NCBI GenBank assembly: GCA_951406725.2
Contig: OX597815.1
Coordinates: 72,850,001 to 72,914,000, forward strand
DNA from: Octopus vulgaris
Taxonomy: Eukaryota
Length of the DNA: 64,000 nt
Reading direction: 5' to 3'
The translations under genes and the position numbers were made by a program. Each line of letters opens with the position of its first letter. Position 1 is the stretch's first letter. The notes beneath the pieces are model-generated. The model did not search any database. It saw nothing but the letters and a program-made list of their open reading frames with translations, and was not told the origin of the DNA. This document shows, piece by piece, positions 1-13,410 of the stretch.

Positions 1-979
1 AGATTTGTTACAGATGTATTAAGGGGTCTCTTTCTCCCCACCACTCATACATCACGCAGATTTCTGACAAAGGTATTAGTGTATATTTCTCTTACTCTCA
101 CACACACATTAACTTTGGTTTTAGACTGCGGGAATTGAAAACTATGCCAGCGAACAAAATAATTATATGTACCAGAGCAGACCAAGAAACCTAATGTAAC
201 TTCGTATTACTAATTATTAATTAGATCTAAGAAGAAACTACCGTTCAAAACATTCTTGCAACAAGTCAGATACCCTGTCCATATAGAGTGGATAAATTAA
301 AACTTAACAGGTTTTAATTTTTAGCAGAAAATAGGAATTTAGCTTGTCATTCCATTAAAAAATGGAATGAAGAAAAAAAACAAACTATTTCTAATTAAAA
401 TAAATACACATCCCGGTGTTCAAAGTATATCATATATTTATAAATTTATCTCTCTGGTGGTATATCTTAGCTTCTGTGTTCACCCACACACTTTTTTTTT
501 TAACCATAGGTGACTATAAGTGGTTGCTTATTGTTAAACGTAGTCGGCAAATGAGACAAATAAAATGAGTGCCAAATCAGACATTTCCGATCTGCACTGT
601 TAAAACATCTTTTCAGTGGTTGTTTTTCTTTTTTAACAAAAAAAAAAGACAACAATCTCCCTAATCTGCAAACGTATAGCTCATGCCATCCATACAGTAC
701 CCACCCCATCTATCATGATCTACATCTCTTTCTATATAGCTGCTCTGTTGTCCCACTTGAAAGTCAATGGGCACTTTATTTTCTTTTTTTTTTTTTAATT
801 TACTTTTATTTATTTATTCTCTTATTCTCAGCTTTCTTATCGAGCCTTCCGATACCCCCCCCCCCCTATATATCTATTTATCTGCCTGTCTTTATATCTT
901 TTCTTTCCTTCCTTTCTCTTAGGTCTCTGTCAGATATTGTTGACGGACACCTATTCATTACACACCGGTCCGCTATATA

Positions 980-987
980 ATGTGTAT

Positions 988-1043
<56 letters not shown>

Positions 1044-1095
1044 GACGCAGTGTGCTACGAACACTATATATATATATAAATATATAATATGTGTG

Positions 1096-1126
<31 letters not shown>

Positions 1127-1150
1127 GTGTATATATATATATATATATAT
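980..1150. repeat. (TA)n/(CA)n compound microsatellite
   Basis: Long tatata/acacac runs; source of the spurious YI/TH-rich ORFs. Confidence 0.95.
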
Positions 1151-2121
1151 GCTATCTTGGAGAAAGTAAAAATTATCTTCACACTGGTACTTTGGATGTT
1201 CGGTCTTATCTATCTATCTATTATACACGTACACACATACATGTGTGCGCACGCTAATTTTGCTTTTTTATAATGTAAAGATTGATAGTAACTTCGAAGT
1301 TTTGGGTACATAGCCGTCATTAGATTAAATATGGTAGTCTTCTAAAACGTATTCACTGATCCTTCAATTTAATATTCGATTGTTATATATATAATATATA
1401 TGTATATAACTTTACAAAATCATTACGTTCTTGTATATAATAATATTCATAACAGTGTGTTCGGCCATTTTTCTTTTCTTCTTTCCTTAACTTTTAGATA
1501 GGAAAATAAAATACGAATAAAATTAATTTAAAAAACAAACAAACAAAAGAACGAGCTGAAGTAGAAAAAAAAATCTTGTGCCAACAGGACACTAACCTAA
1601 TTCGACTTTTAAGAAAGAATATAGACACATGCAACATTGTAGACAACAAAGAAAGAAGAACGAAAATCATTCATATCAATTTTGTTCTAATACTAGAAGT
1701 CTTTTTGCAGCAACTGTGTTTTTTTAATTAATTTTTTTTTCTATTTATTTTGCAGCACCAGATAAGCCAAATCCGTAACGTAGGGTTTCGATTCCCAGCT
1801 GCTGAAGTCATTTATTTTCACTTCAATCAAGAAGCTTAATAATTTTACCCTTGGCCAATCACTGCACGAATGTCATACAGTTCTCTCACTACACAACTAC
1901 TAAACTTCTGTAATTAATGAAGTTGTGGCTTTTGTATTTAAATAAATCATAATGATAATTGTTTTATTTTTTGTCTTTTAAGCACCCACAGAGAGAGAGA
2001 TGACTTGATTTCGATTTCCGATCGAACCATTTCCGATCGCTTACGTGTCTCATGGCCTTGGGACATGAATAAACACCTTCAATAAAACCTTTATTGTGCC
2101 TCGGTAAGAATTATTATTATT

Positions 2122-2497
2122 AATTTCTTCCGGCCTTTATGTTCAGAGTTCAAATCCCAATGAGGTCAACTTCGCCTTTCACCCTTTCGGAGTCGGTAAA
2201 AGTCTTGGGGCTGGTGTAAGCAACTACCCCTCCCCCTCAAAATGTCAGGCCTTGTGCCTATGTAATAAGAAGGCATTATTACTCAGAATCATTAGAGTGT
2301 GTCAGAAAATATACTTTGCAACATTTTGTTCCGGTTCTTTAGATTCTGAGTTCAAGTCTCGCCGAGGTTAACTTTGCCTTTCAACCCCTCAAAATAAAAT
2401 AAGTACCAATCAAATACTGGAGATTGATGTTTATCAACTAAACACACCTCTACTATAAACATCATTGGCCTTGTACTCCAACTCGGAAACTATTATA
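2122..2497 (+). mobile_element. Two tandem family-A SINE copies (tRNA-derived, gcctttcatcctttcggggtcgataaa core, (ATT)n tail)
   Basis: B-box-like gagttcaaatccc, gaggtcaacttcgcctttca core, ggccttgtgcctat tail; CpGs retained. Confidence 0.85.
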
Positions 2498-3047
2498 TTT
2501 CGATTGAGGGCCGTTCAGTGTCTATGAAACAGAACAAGACAATATCTATTTTATTTATTTATTACATCTACCCACCCGTCTCTTATGGGTTATTATACAC
2601 GACACTCCAAAAGACAACCCACACTACTAACAAAACCCGTGTCTGTTAGTCTGCTTTCTTGTTAATCGAATGGGAAGGGAGTTCAGCAAATTAGTAACTT
2701 TTTTTTTCCGGCTTGAAATGGCGATCTTTTAAAACACTGTTGAAGAGTTTTGGTTCAACAAGGTTGTTTGTTGATGGGACACTGACAGCGAACCGAAGTT
2801 GATATGCCCCCAACCCCCATTCAAAGGAGCCAGTTATGGGGAGAGAGAAGGAACGGGAGTAACAAAGCGCACACACAACACATAGGGCGTTTTTTTGTTT
2901 GTTACTTTTTTTACTTCCTTAAAATATAGGACAATCTATATAATGCTGTATATACAGTTATTTTTTTTTTTATTTTACTTTCCTTGAGCATGAAGTTCTA
3001 TAAATAAACAAACAAAATAAAATAAACAGTTAAAAAGGAAGAAAAGA

Positions 3048-3081
3048 AAGATCAAAGCAGTTTGCCGCATGCTTTGATCTT
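3048..3081. promoter_or_regulatory. Inverted pair of optimal TCF/LEF sites with a helper-like spacer (candidate Wnt response element)
   Basis: aagatcaaagca (3048-3059), spacer gtttgccgca, tgctttgatctt (3070-3081): perfect 12-bp inverted repeat of the TCF HMG consensus. Confidence 0.6.
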
Positions 3082-3396
3082 ATGATTGACTGCGAGTTTT
3101 AACTAAGCTAGCTCAGACCACCGTCTAGCTGCAGCACTCGACAGGCATTCAGCTAAATTAAATTACAGCCGAGTAATAATAAAAGCAGTGTTGTGCTTTA
3201 GTCTCCACAATGGTCTTTTAATGTGGGCGCGCATACACATTAATAAACATACACTCACACACACACAATTATATTATATATATATATATATACACACACA
3301 CAAAGAAATATCTGTATAGCTTTACACATACATTAGTCATATACACTTTTAAAACCAGGCATTAAATATCTGGAGTGTGTGTATATATATATATTT

Positions 3397-3536
3397 TCAT
3401 TCCTAGCCACATAGTTAAGTTTACCCTGTCAGTATGTATGTGTGTGTGTGTGTGTGTATGTATATATATATATATATATATATTAAATATACACACATTT
3501 CAGACAGGGTAAACTTAACTATGCCGGTAGAAATGA
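3397..3536. repeat. Inverted repeat around a microsatellite (possible MITE relic)
   Basis: catagttaagtttaccctgtc (3410-3430) is the exact reverse complement of 3503-3523, with imperfect extension outward. Confidence 0.75.
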
Positions 3537-5109
3537 TAGGGCTTTAGTAACAGGCTGATTTCATAGTACAAGAGTATCAGAGTACAGCCTGCCAAAGATC
3601 TTGTTTTATACCATTGGTTTTTATTTTAGTTTATCAACACTTTTTGGAAAATGTAAATAAACTTGTAAGGCTTTCACATAAGAAAACTACTATGTATTGG
3701 CCGACAATTTTAATTAAGAACTAATCTTGTGTGTCTGAGAGAATGTGCACTCATATACACACACATAAGGATCTTGCTTGTTACGACTAGAAGTATCTCG
3801 TTTAGTTTAAGATCCTTGTCAATTTATAAAGATATATTTCCTCTACTCACCAAAATAATAATAATGATAATAAAAAGCCTCTCTTTTGTGCCTTTGCACC
3901 ATGTGAGAATTAGCTGCAGTACAAGAATGACCTAGCTGTGAATTAGACATTACAAAAACCAAGGCAAAAAAAAAAAAAAAGGTTCAAAGAACCAGTTCTT
4001 AATTTGTTCTAGCAACGCTCATTTCCAACTTGAATATGATGTCGCACATTTTGAAAGCAAGCAAGAAAGCAGTTGAATGAATCAACTTCCAATACTTGTG
4101 TCACTTCAGCTGGAATGAAAGTCAACGCTGAGCCCATAATCCCATAATTTGAACTGAGACTGTAAGTAAATGCTACAAAGCACTTAATCTGGCATCTTAG
4201 AATTTCTGCCAGTCAATCAGTTTAAATGAATGCTCCACATGGCTTCTAGATCTAAGCTCATTAACATGGCCCAAACAACAGTGCCATGATTTTTACATAA
4301 CAAAAACTAACTTGAAAACGCTATGGTTAACATTTAATTACTGCATTCTATCGAGACTAGTTTTTAGTACGACAATATATATATGTGTGTATAGTCGTAT
4401 GTATGTCACTGGATTCATTAAGCTGTTAGATGTATATACACTGCTGGTCACAATGTGCTTTTCCACATTGTTGTAACTTTCAAATGATGCCACCCTACTG
4501 GGTAGGCAAGCAGGCCAACATACCCTCTGAATGGAACCCCAATTTATCATAGGGTTGTTTATAGCTGAGAGGGCTGGAGCAATAGGAAATTATTTTTTCA
4601 AGAACACAACACACTACTGGTCTGGGAACTGCACAACCTTACGTGAATGCAAATTTCTTAACCACTAGGCCATGTGCCTACACACGCACAAATGCACCAT
4701 AATATATATGCATGTGTGTATTTATTAAGGTACAACTAAACCTTTCTTTGCGATGTCCCAGACAGCTTACCTTTGGAGATCTAATAACTCTTTTGAAAAC
4801 AGAATAATTTCCATTTGTCTTTGATCTTCCACCAAATGCCGGCTTTTATTCAATAGAAACTTAGTGACAAAGCTGAAACCCTAATTGCTTATGAAATTAA
4901 CTCAAGTACAAGGTTATATCCAGCTGGCTGGTTGGTTGATATGCTTCATGGCACACATTCGCAATATCTTATTCATACATGAGCGGCAGAGGGGTAGGAT
5001 GGGACTGTTTTACCCAACGAAGCTTAAGTATAGGAAATGATGTCATACAGTGAATTAATGCTATTGCCAGGAACACGGCATGTGTGAATTCAAAGACTCA
5101 AGATTTGCA

Positions 5110-6200
5110 AACAGTAATAATAATGTTTCCAATTTTGACACAAGACCAGCAATTTTAGGTTATCTTAGTTCATTATAGTACTTGACTAGTACTTTATTTT
5201 ATCAATCCCCACTAGGGTGAAAGACAAACCTGGCCTCTGTTATTTGAACTCGGAATGTTAAGAGCCGTAAAAAATTCCACAAAGTATCTTGTCTGACATG
5301 CTAATAATTCTACCTGATGGCTGCCTTTATTATTGCAATGAGTTCTGATTAACTACAAGGGCAGCAATTTTGTGGTGGTAGGAGTTAGTTGATCACATCA
5401 GGCCCTAGTATATAACTGCTTACTTCAATGTTATCAACCCACCCCATGGAAATAAAAGCTGACCTCAGCAAGATTTGAAATCAGAGTGTAAGGACTTGGA
5501 ACAAATACGAGATGTTCTTTTCTGACGCACTGATTTTTGCCAGCAATAATAATAATAATAATAAATTTGGTACAAGTCTAAGCATTTTAGGAGAAGGACA
5601 CAGTTGACTGAAATGACCCTAGAACCAAATTGTTTGTTTCATTTATCAACCTGCAGAAGCATTGTTACTTTAACAGGATTTGAATTCCGAATATGCAAGC
5701 ATTTAATTAGACATTTGCAAAGCATTTTGTCTAATGCTCTATTGGTTCTGTGAAACCCTGTTCAAAAAATTATTTCGAACATTGACATAACTACAGCAGT
5801 TTTGAGGAGAAGAGGTCAGTTGATTACATCACTTCCAATACTTGACTAATACTTTATTTTATTGACTCCTGGAGAGATGAAAGACGATGTTGACTCTGAC
5901 GGGATTTGAAATCAAAATGGAAAGAGTCTAAAAGAAATACTGCAAGACGCTTTTTTTTTTTTTTTATAATTTTACTGATCTACCACCAGAACAAACAATT
6001 CTACCAATTCCACAATCCTAAATAATAGTAATAAGGGTTTCAAATTTTAAATATTTTTTTCATTGACCCAGAAAGGATGAAAGGCAAAGTCAACCTCAGC
6101 AGAATTTTAACTCAGAACATAAAGACCGACGAAATGCTGCTAAGCAGCATTTTGCCCAGTGTGCTAACGATTCTGACAGCTCATTGCCTTAATAATAATG
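5110..6200 (-). mobile_element. Head-to-tail array of degenerate family-A SINEs
   Basis: Repeated aaggatgaaaggcaaagtcaacctc / atttgaactcagaa / aataataat blocks (reverse complement of family A). Confidence 0.8.
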
Positions 6201-6319
6201 ATTTCTAACATGGACCTATATATACATATACTTGACTAAACACACACACTCAACAGCAGAACGATCCCTGCAATCTAAGATACTTGTTTTAGTACAGCTT
6301 TTATAGCTGAATATCATTC

Positions 6320-6740
6320 CTAATGCCAACTACTCTACAGAGTGTACCTGGTGTTTTTTTTTTTCTCTGTAACACTCGCACTAATGAGGTTACCAAGTAA
6401 CTCGTAAGACAAGACAAGAAAATTCCTTTCGCTAAGTAGGGTTGCTTTGTTTTATGTATCTCCGCTGTAGCAAAACATACCTGTCTGTCCGTCATGCTTT
6501 AGCCTCTCAACATCTGGCATAAAGCCACCACCCTCTCTGCTACAACCCTACTTAGTCAAAGGATTTTTCTTGTCTTACGAGTTACTTGATAACCTCACTA
6601 GTGCCGGTGTCACAAAAAAAAATACACCAAATATACACTCTGTAGAGTAGTTGGCATTAGCCATACTAAAACTGTGAGACTCAATACAATACTTTGCAAC
6701 CTATGCTAGCATGGAGGATTAACGCTAAATGATAATGAAA
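6320..6740. mobile_element. Inverted pair of family-C SINE fragments
   Basis: 6320-6444 is largely the reverse complement of 6543-6660; (GAT)-type tail near 6730. Confidence 0.75.
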
Positions 6741-8444
6741 TATTGTTCCTCTAACAGTATGCATTGCCAGTTTAATGCCATTGTTGATTAATAATTTAAA
6801 CCAAAGTTTTTTTAATTTACCAATGCTTTTGAATATAGTGTTAGGAATTGTTTCATAATCAAGTATTCTTTTTACACATTCAGAAACTGCTGACCTATTT
6901 TATTTGAATCAACCCAAATGAAGTAGTTGTCTTATGACCCAATAAACAGCTGTCATTCATAGCTTTGGTAACAAATCATCATTGTTTTAATGTTTCCAAG
7001 TAATATTTCTCCAGGATCAAATATGTTCAACAAGACGGGAAACCAAGGACATCACTTGTATGATGGTGACACCTCAATACTATCACATGATGTCAAGACA
7101 ATACAATAACACATATACACACACATTTATATATATACACACACGCACACACACAAATGATGAGCTTCTTTCAGTTTCTATCTACCAAATTCACTCACAA
7201 GGTTTTGGTCAACAAGAGGTTACAGTAGAAGACATTTGTCCAAGGTGCCACGCAGCAGGGTTGAACCCAGAACCATGAGGTAAGGAAGCAAACATCATAC
7301 CATGGAGCCAATTTCACACGTCCTTAGCGACATAAATATCTCAATTGTGCATGATTTTATTTATTTATATATATATAATGTCTCGAGGTTTAATCATGTG
7401 ACTTTATAGGATAAGAATGTCAATTTATCAATTAAACTACATAGTCTAAGATCAATAATGAAAGACGTGACTATTCAATCAACTTGTTGTTATTGATCAC
7501 CACCCTTCCACTGAAATACAAATTCATTGTCGCTTATTGACAGTGGTATTTTCTTTTCATGTAACTTTTCATAATTGCTCTTCACATTGCTAAGGACACA
7601 CGTGTAACAACAATTGAGGGGAAAAAACAAAACAGAAAACCTTGAGCTTTTCTTCATTTGCATACACGTATGAAATAGCTAAAAAAAAAAATTTGTAGTC
7701 GAATCCTCCCCTTCACCTTATACATGAATAGTAAATGTTCCTCTTTGCTGCACACATCAGATCAAAAGATATATGAGATTTGAAACGATATGCATAACAG
7801 AACTTCCTTTTTATAATAATCATTAATTCAAGTTTGCTTAATTAAATTGATATTATCTTTGGCATAAGTAATAGATATGCTTTTTTTTCTTTTTATTCTT
7901 TTTTTTTTCCATGCATCATGCTCACTATTCAACTAGATCATGTGTCTGTACTATTTCTGTCAAATTTTTTTAGCTTTGATGTTGGGTAACTGCTACAGAT
8001 TTATTCTCACACTGTGGCTTGTCTTCTCAATGAATAGATCCACAAATAATACACAATCACACAAACAGTGTCATACTTAACAAAACCTCATCTCGTTAGA
8101 TTCAGTTTTAGTCGAATAATATAGTTAAGCAAGGACTATTTATCTGTCTTCACATCAAAAAGACCAAAACACGATCCTCTTGTATGTCAACTTGTTCCAT
8201 GTGCAGAAGTGGGACATGAGTAAGTCCCTTGCACACGGTTAAGTTCATTTCTCATTATTTAGTTTATGATGTAATTTCAGATCTTCCCACTCTTAAATAA
8301 AATAGTCACCCACTTTACTTCTCCTTCAAAATGTATTTCTCTGTAGCTGATGACTGTGATGTAGAACATTAAGGTAGGATATAGTTGATCCTCCTAATCA
8401 TACCATGTCTGATGGCACACAAGATGTACAGATAAATTGGATGA

Positions 8445-8740
8445 CTTCCTTAGGTCACAACCATGGGATTCCACCTAGAAAGCTTCCTTCCAAGGCACAA
8501 GTCCAGGCAAGGTTGTTTGTGGAAGACTAGCAGTCACCCATGCATACCAGCCTTCCCTCTCCACACCATCAATGTTTTCCAAAGGAAAGACTGGCTGATA
8601 CAGTTTGGCACCCGAGATGTTGCAACACATTTTTACAGCTGAGTGAACTGGAGCAACACACAGTCCAGTCTGGGAATTGAATTCTCTACCTCATGATTGT
8701 ATGCCTGATGCTCTAACCACTGAGCCATGTACCTTTACAT
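8445..8740 (-). mobile_element. Family-E tRNA-derived SINE
   Basis: ctctaaccactgagccatg head, gagtgaactggagcaa core, aaggcacaagtccaggcaaggttgttt tail; similar to 54787-55100. Confidence 0.8.
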
Positions 8741-10509
8741 AGACATATTAGACACACTTCAATTTCAGCAGTGCATATTCAGAAAAAAATACCTTAGAAC
8801 ATTAAAGCAATCCAGCTGAACATTACAAAAGTACCTTAACTATAACAGAAAACAATACAGCTGAAGAGACTGTCTGGATTAAAATTAGCGTATACTAGTG
8901 AGTTTCAAGGACTAAATTAACTTATAGAAAGCTCAACTTCACAAATAGTCTTTGGGGTGTTCTTGAGAGAATTCTTATAGGAAAGTGCATCTTATATCAT
9001 CATCATCATCGTCGTTTAACGTCCACTTTCCATGCTGGCATGGGTTGGACGATTTGACTGAGGACTGGCGAACCAGATGGCTGCACCAGGCTCTAATCTT
9101 ATATGCCATCAAATAATGGTACATACAGTCATGTGATCATTCAAAGTCTAATAATGTGCCTCCAAAGTATTGGTTTAAAACAAAAATATATAGTTGCAAG
9201 AAGTTGTTTACATCTGCAACACAAACTTTGTAGGAAAAAAAAAAAACGAAGCTTTTCTTCATCCAACATGTTAAAAAGCACTGATTGTCGGTTTGTATTA
9301 CATGATAATGTAAGCATAGTAGACATGTAAATTGTGTGAAATACATGCAACACCATAAAGAAAGTTATATAGGGTTTACACAAAACCTCGTCATTTGTAC
9401 AGGAATCACTGTATTAGACTTTGGATAAGCACATTAACAGTATGTATAAAATATGGATGATGAACAATATTCTCTGCTCAGCACTGCTTTAGGAGTTATG
9501 TGATAGCACAAACTTGGAAAAATGAGTTTAATACTCAAGGAATTTATTTTGAGGTAGCTGCAATAGATAAACATCAGAAAGGGGCTAATTCTATTTATGG
9601 GAGCGGGGATTTTTGTGAAATCTATTATACATTGAGGACAAATTAACTTAAGCAAGTACAAAGGACTGACTGACTTAATATTCTCCATTTCATCTCTCAA
9701 AAAAAAGAAAAAAACTATTATATCAATATAGGATAAAAATACAAAATTTCAAATGATGAAAACAGCATACTACTACTACTCCCCCTCATCATCATCATCA
9801 TCACAATGTCCACTTTTTCATGCTTGCATGAGCCAGGCAGACTGTTTATAGTTGAATGCCTTTCCTATCACTAACCCTCACCTTTTCCTAGTCAGGTTAA
9901 TTCTTCCCTATAGCTGGACTTGAAACAAACACCACTTCATACACACACCTACACTGTCTACCATATTTAGCTTGGGGCTATAGTAGAAGACATATGCCCA
10001 GGGTGCAGTGAGAGTGGGTAGAAAGTGAATTTATTATTCACACAGCCATACCAACTGTTTGGGAAAAAATTTGAATGTGTTTGTAAAGTCAGAGGCTTGA
10101 ATGAATAATTGGAAGTATTTTCTTTCAAGATCCTCTGCAATCACCTTTTGATGTGTGTTCTAACATTTTCAATATTTAGAAACAGTACCTGTTCAACACA
10201 CTTTCTCTGCTACACCTACAGGCATCCACAATCATGGACCTCCATACCAAAGTCTGAAGATGTGATGTTTCTTGATAAAGATACAGCAAGTTTTCTGTTG
10301 TCTTCTAACTGGTTTATTCATAATTTACTCTGCTAATCTCCTACTCTTCTGAGCTTTTCCCTTGTGGCATAGGGCCTATTTAACTAGAGTAGTAGGGAAA
10401 GTAGGGGGGGGGGGTAATATAAAAGCACGTTTACACTCCCGTGGGCCCAAATGATACCTATTTCAAGGCCAACCCTCTGAGTCCTGTGTGCTTTGGTCAC
10501 AAGACCATC

Positions 10510-10650
10510 TGACATATAACTGGGACCCTTGACAGATACTATCACCCTAAGCCAGAGTGAACCTGAGAGCTGCAGTGACTAAGGGGTATATTCACACACT
10601 GTAGACTTCCTGAACTCCCACGCTGGTGGCTCACCACTGGATGCAAGATA
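10510..10650 (+). mobile_element. Short retroposon tail fragment
   Basis: gggacccttgacagatactatcaccctaagccagagtgaacctgagagc...ctcaccactggatgca resembles a known SINE/LINE 3' tail. Confidence 0.45.
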
Positions 10651-11044
10651 TACGCTACAATATATACTCAAGATATATACTACAATCTCTCTGCTGGTGT
10701 TGTGTTTAAACATCTAACAAATAGTTTCTTACATATTGCCGCTAACATCTCTGAAGTTGTCAGTTCGTATTGACTTTCATAAAATGATTTTGATGTCTTG
10801 ATAAAGCTTAACAGGTTGATTAAACAATATATAAGTTTACTGAATATTTTCTGAAATGATCAAAGTCTCAATAACTCGAAACTCCATGCAACGTTTATAG
10901 GTATTTATTTATTTATTATTTGTGCATTACATTTCCATACATATGCATGTGTGTGTACAGATATATATATATATATACACACACATGCATACAACTCGGG
11001 GAGGAAGGTTTAATACCTTTCTCTTTGAAGTTATTATTATTAAA

Positions 11045-11960
11045 AAGGCAGTGAGCTGGCAGAATTGTTCACACATCAAACAAAATGCTAGCAGCATTTC
11101 ATCTGCCGCTTTACATACTGTGCTTGAGTCCTACTGGGGTCAACATTACCTGTCTTCCTTTCTGGGTCATTAAACTAAGGTGCCAGCAGCACCGTCTGCA
11201 GTGGCTTGGTCATGTACATCGCATGCCAGATGGGAGGATCCCAAAAGACCCCTGGTATGGGGAATTGGCCACCTGCACAAGAGCACAAAGATGACCTCCT
11301 TTTTGTTTCAAGGACGTTTGCAAGAGAGATATGAAGTTGCTTGATCTAGGTGTTCTGAGTTGGGAGGAAGTTGCAAATGATTGCTCATGGTGGAGACAAA
11401 TACTGCAAAAGAGGATGAAGCAATGGGAAGAGAAACAGAAACTTGCCACCAAAGAAAAGTGTACTCAATGAAAGGAAAAGCTAGTAGCACCGGTACAGAA
11501 CTACTTCAAATGCAGTCGCTGTATGCACGACTGCCACTCCAGAGTGGGCCTTTACAGCCACAGCAGGCGCTACACCACCATCAGCAGCTGACACAATTTC
11601 TCTGGGTGGAGATCCATGGTCTCTCAAGACTGATGGATGCCTACTACTAAAATAAGGTAGCTGTCCAGTACTGCATCTGCTGTAATTGAATTGCCATCTC
11701 CCTTCAAAATTGCTAACCTTCTGACAAAATTTGAAATAATAATTATTTTTATTATTAAAAAGGCAAACTGGCAGAATTATTACTAAACTAGACAAAATAC
11801 TTAGTGGTATGTCTTCTGGCTTATTTTACATTCTGATTTCAAATTCCACCTTTGCATACTTTCTGCATCAATAAATAAATACCAATTGAGCCCACGCCAA
11901 TATAATCAACTTATCCCTACCCCTAAAATTGCTTGCATTGTGCCAAAATTTGATGCCATT
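11045..11960 (+). mobile_element. Two family-A SINEs, the first interrupted by an RTE LINE fragment
   Basis: aaggcagtgagctggcagaa heads at about 11045 and 11760; (ATT)n tails. Confidence 0.8.
11182..11647 (+). mobile_element. 5'-truncated RTE/BovB-clade LINE 3' end (decayed ORF)
   Basis: Translates as RLQWLGHVHRMPDGRIPK..YGEL, FKDVCKRDMK and C-terminal FKCSRCMHDCHSRVGLYSHSRR with stops; (CTA)n tail; TSD-like taaactaaggt (11171-11181) / taaaataaggt (11648-11658). Confidence 0.9.
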
Positions 11961-12722
11961 ATTATTATTATTATTATTAAGCTAGCGTAGCTTTTCTAAC
12001 TGCTGTTAATGTCAATGTCCAGCAATTAATGAAAATTTATTCAATATTGCAGTCTCCTTTTAAATTCGTGCCAAAGCAACATGATTCTAATTCTTGTAAT
12101 AAACTAAACAAAGAGTCCACAGATTTAAATCACATAACCAATTCCTCATTTATGATTCACATATTTCTTCGTTAAATTTATTGAATCATCTGAGTTTTGT
12201 TTTTCTTTTTAATTTTTATACCTATGTATAACATTTAATGTTGTATATACTGAATTACTAGAAAGCATAGTTATTTAGTAGCAATTTAGCAATAAACGAT
12301 AGTATCTTAGTAAAACAACCAGTAACTGAGAAGCACCCTTAAAAAGGTGGGGAGGGGCATGTCTGAGTGATCTTTGAAAATTACATGGTTAATGTGTTGG
12401 TAGCTCTTCATGTGTGAAACCATAAAAAGAATGAGGTCTTTAGAAAATATTTATATGCCAAGTTAATCAAACCACTTTTTTGTACTAAGAATAAACTTCA
12501 AAGAGTTTTTTCTTTTTTTTAAAAAAAAACAACTGAAGTTTTCCGACACAGCAAATCTATTTAATGAAAGAAGGGTATTATCTGGTTAAAAAATTTTTTT
12601 TTTAATTTTAAATTTCCTCTTTTTTTTTTTTACTCTTGGCAGGTTTTATATATAGATGAATGATTATTTTTTTGCGTGCATCAGCATGGCCGCAGCTCTG
12701 AGCCGAAACTACAGAAAAAAAA

Positions 12723-12762
<40 letters not shown>

Positions 12763-12861
12763 GTTTGAAGATAAAAAAAAGCATAGTAAAATGGAATGTC
12801 TACTGCACTATGGCAGGTTTTATATAAATGGAAATTTTAGTTTTGCATAACTTAAGAAGTG

Positions 12862-12898
<37 letters not shown>

Positions 12899-13084
12899 TG
12901 AAGATAAAAAAAAATAAATACTTTATAAATTTATTTCATCATCATCACTTAATGTCCTTATTCCTATGCTGCCATACATTAGACAGTTTAATAGGATCCG
13001 ATGGGTCCATGAACTGAAATACACAGGAGCTCAGCACAGTTATCTGGCCTGTCATGTCCTGTCGAACTGTCCAACATGGGCATT

Positions 13085-13410
13085 AAATGATGATGATGAC
13101 GATCACTTTTACTTGCTCCAGTCATTTGACTGCAGCCTTGAAGAGTTTTGGTCAAACACACCAAACCCAGTTTTTGTTTGTTTGTTTATTTGTAAATTTC
13201 GTACTTATTATATTAGTCTCTTTTAGCAAACTGTTAAGGTATTAGGATGTAAGCAAGCCAACACCAGTTTCAAGTGGTGAAATGGGCAAACACACACATA
13301 GTTAAGATGTATATACACTACAGGCTTCCACACATTTTCCGTCTACCAAATTCACTCACAATGTATTAGAAAGGCTAAGGTTGTAGTAGAAGACACTTGT
13401 CCATGACGAT
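13085..13410 (-). mobile_element. Family-B SINE
   Basis: cagtcatttgactgcagcc, ccgtctaccaaattcactcaca, tagtagaagacacttg motifs. Confidence 0.8.

Noticed and set aside
4771-4872. Minus-strand 102-bp exon candidate (donor AAG|GTAAGC, one open frame FVTKFLLNKSRHLVEDQRQMEIILFSKELLDLQ)
   Set aside because: Weak acceptor, no recognisable homology, and 33 open codons in one of three frames is not unusual.
8520-8530. 11-nt match to the 5' end of miR-7 (tggaagactag)
   Set aside because: Lies inside a family-E SINE, the match stops after 11 nt, and there is no hairpin.
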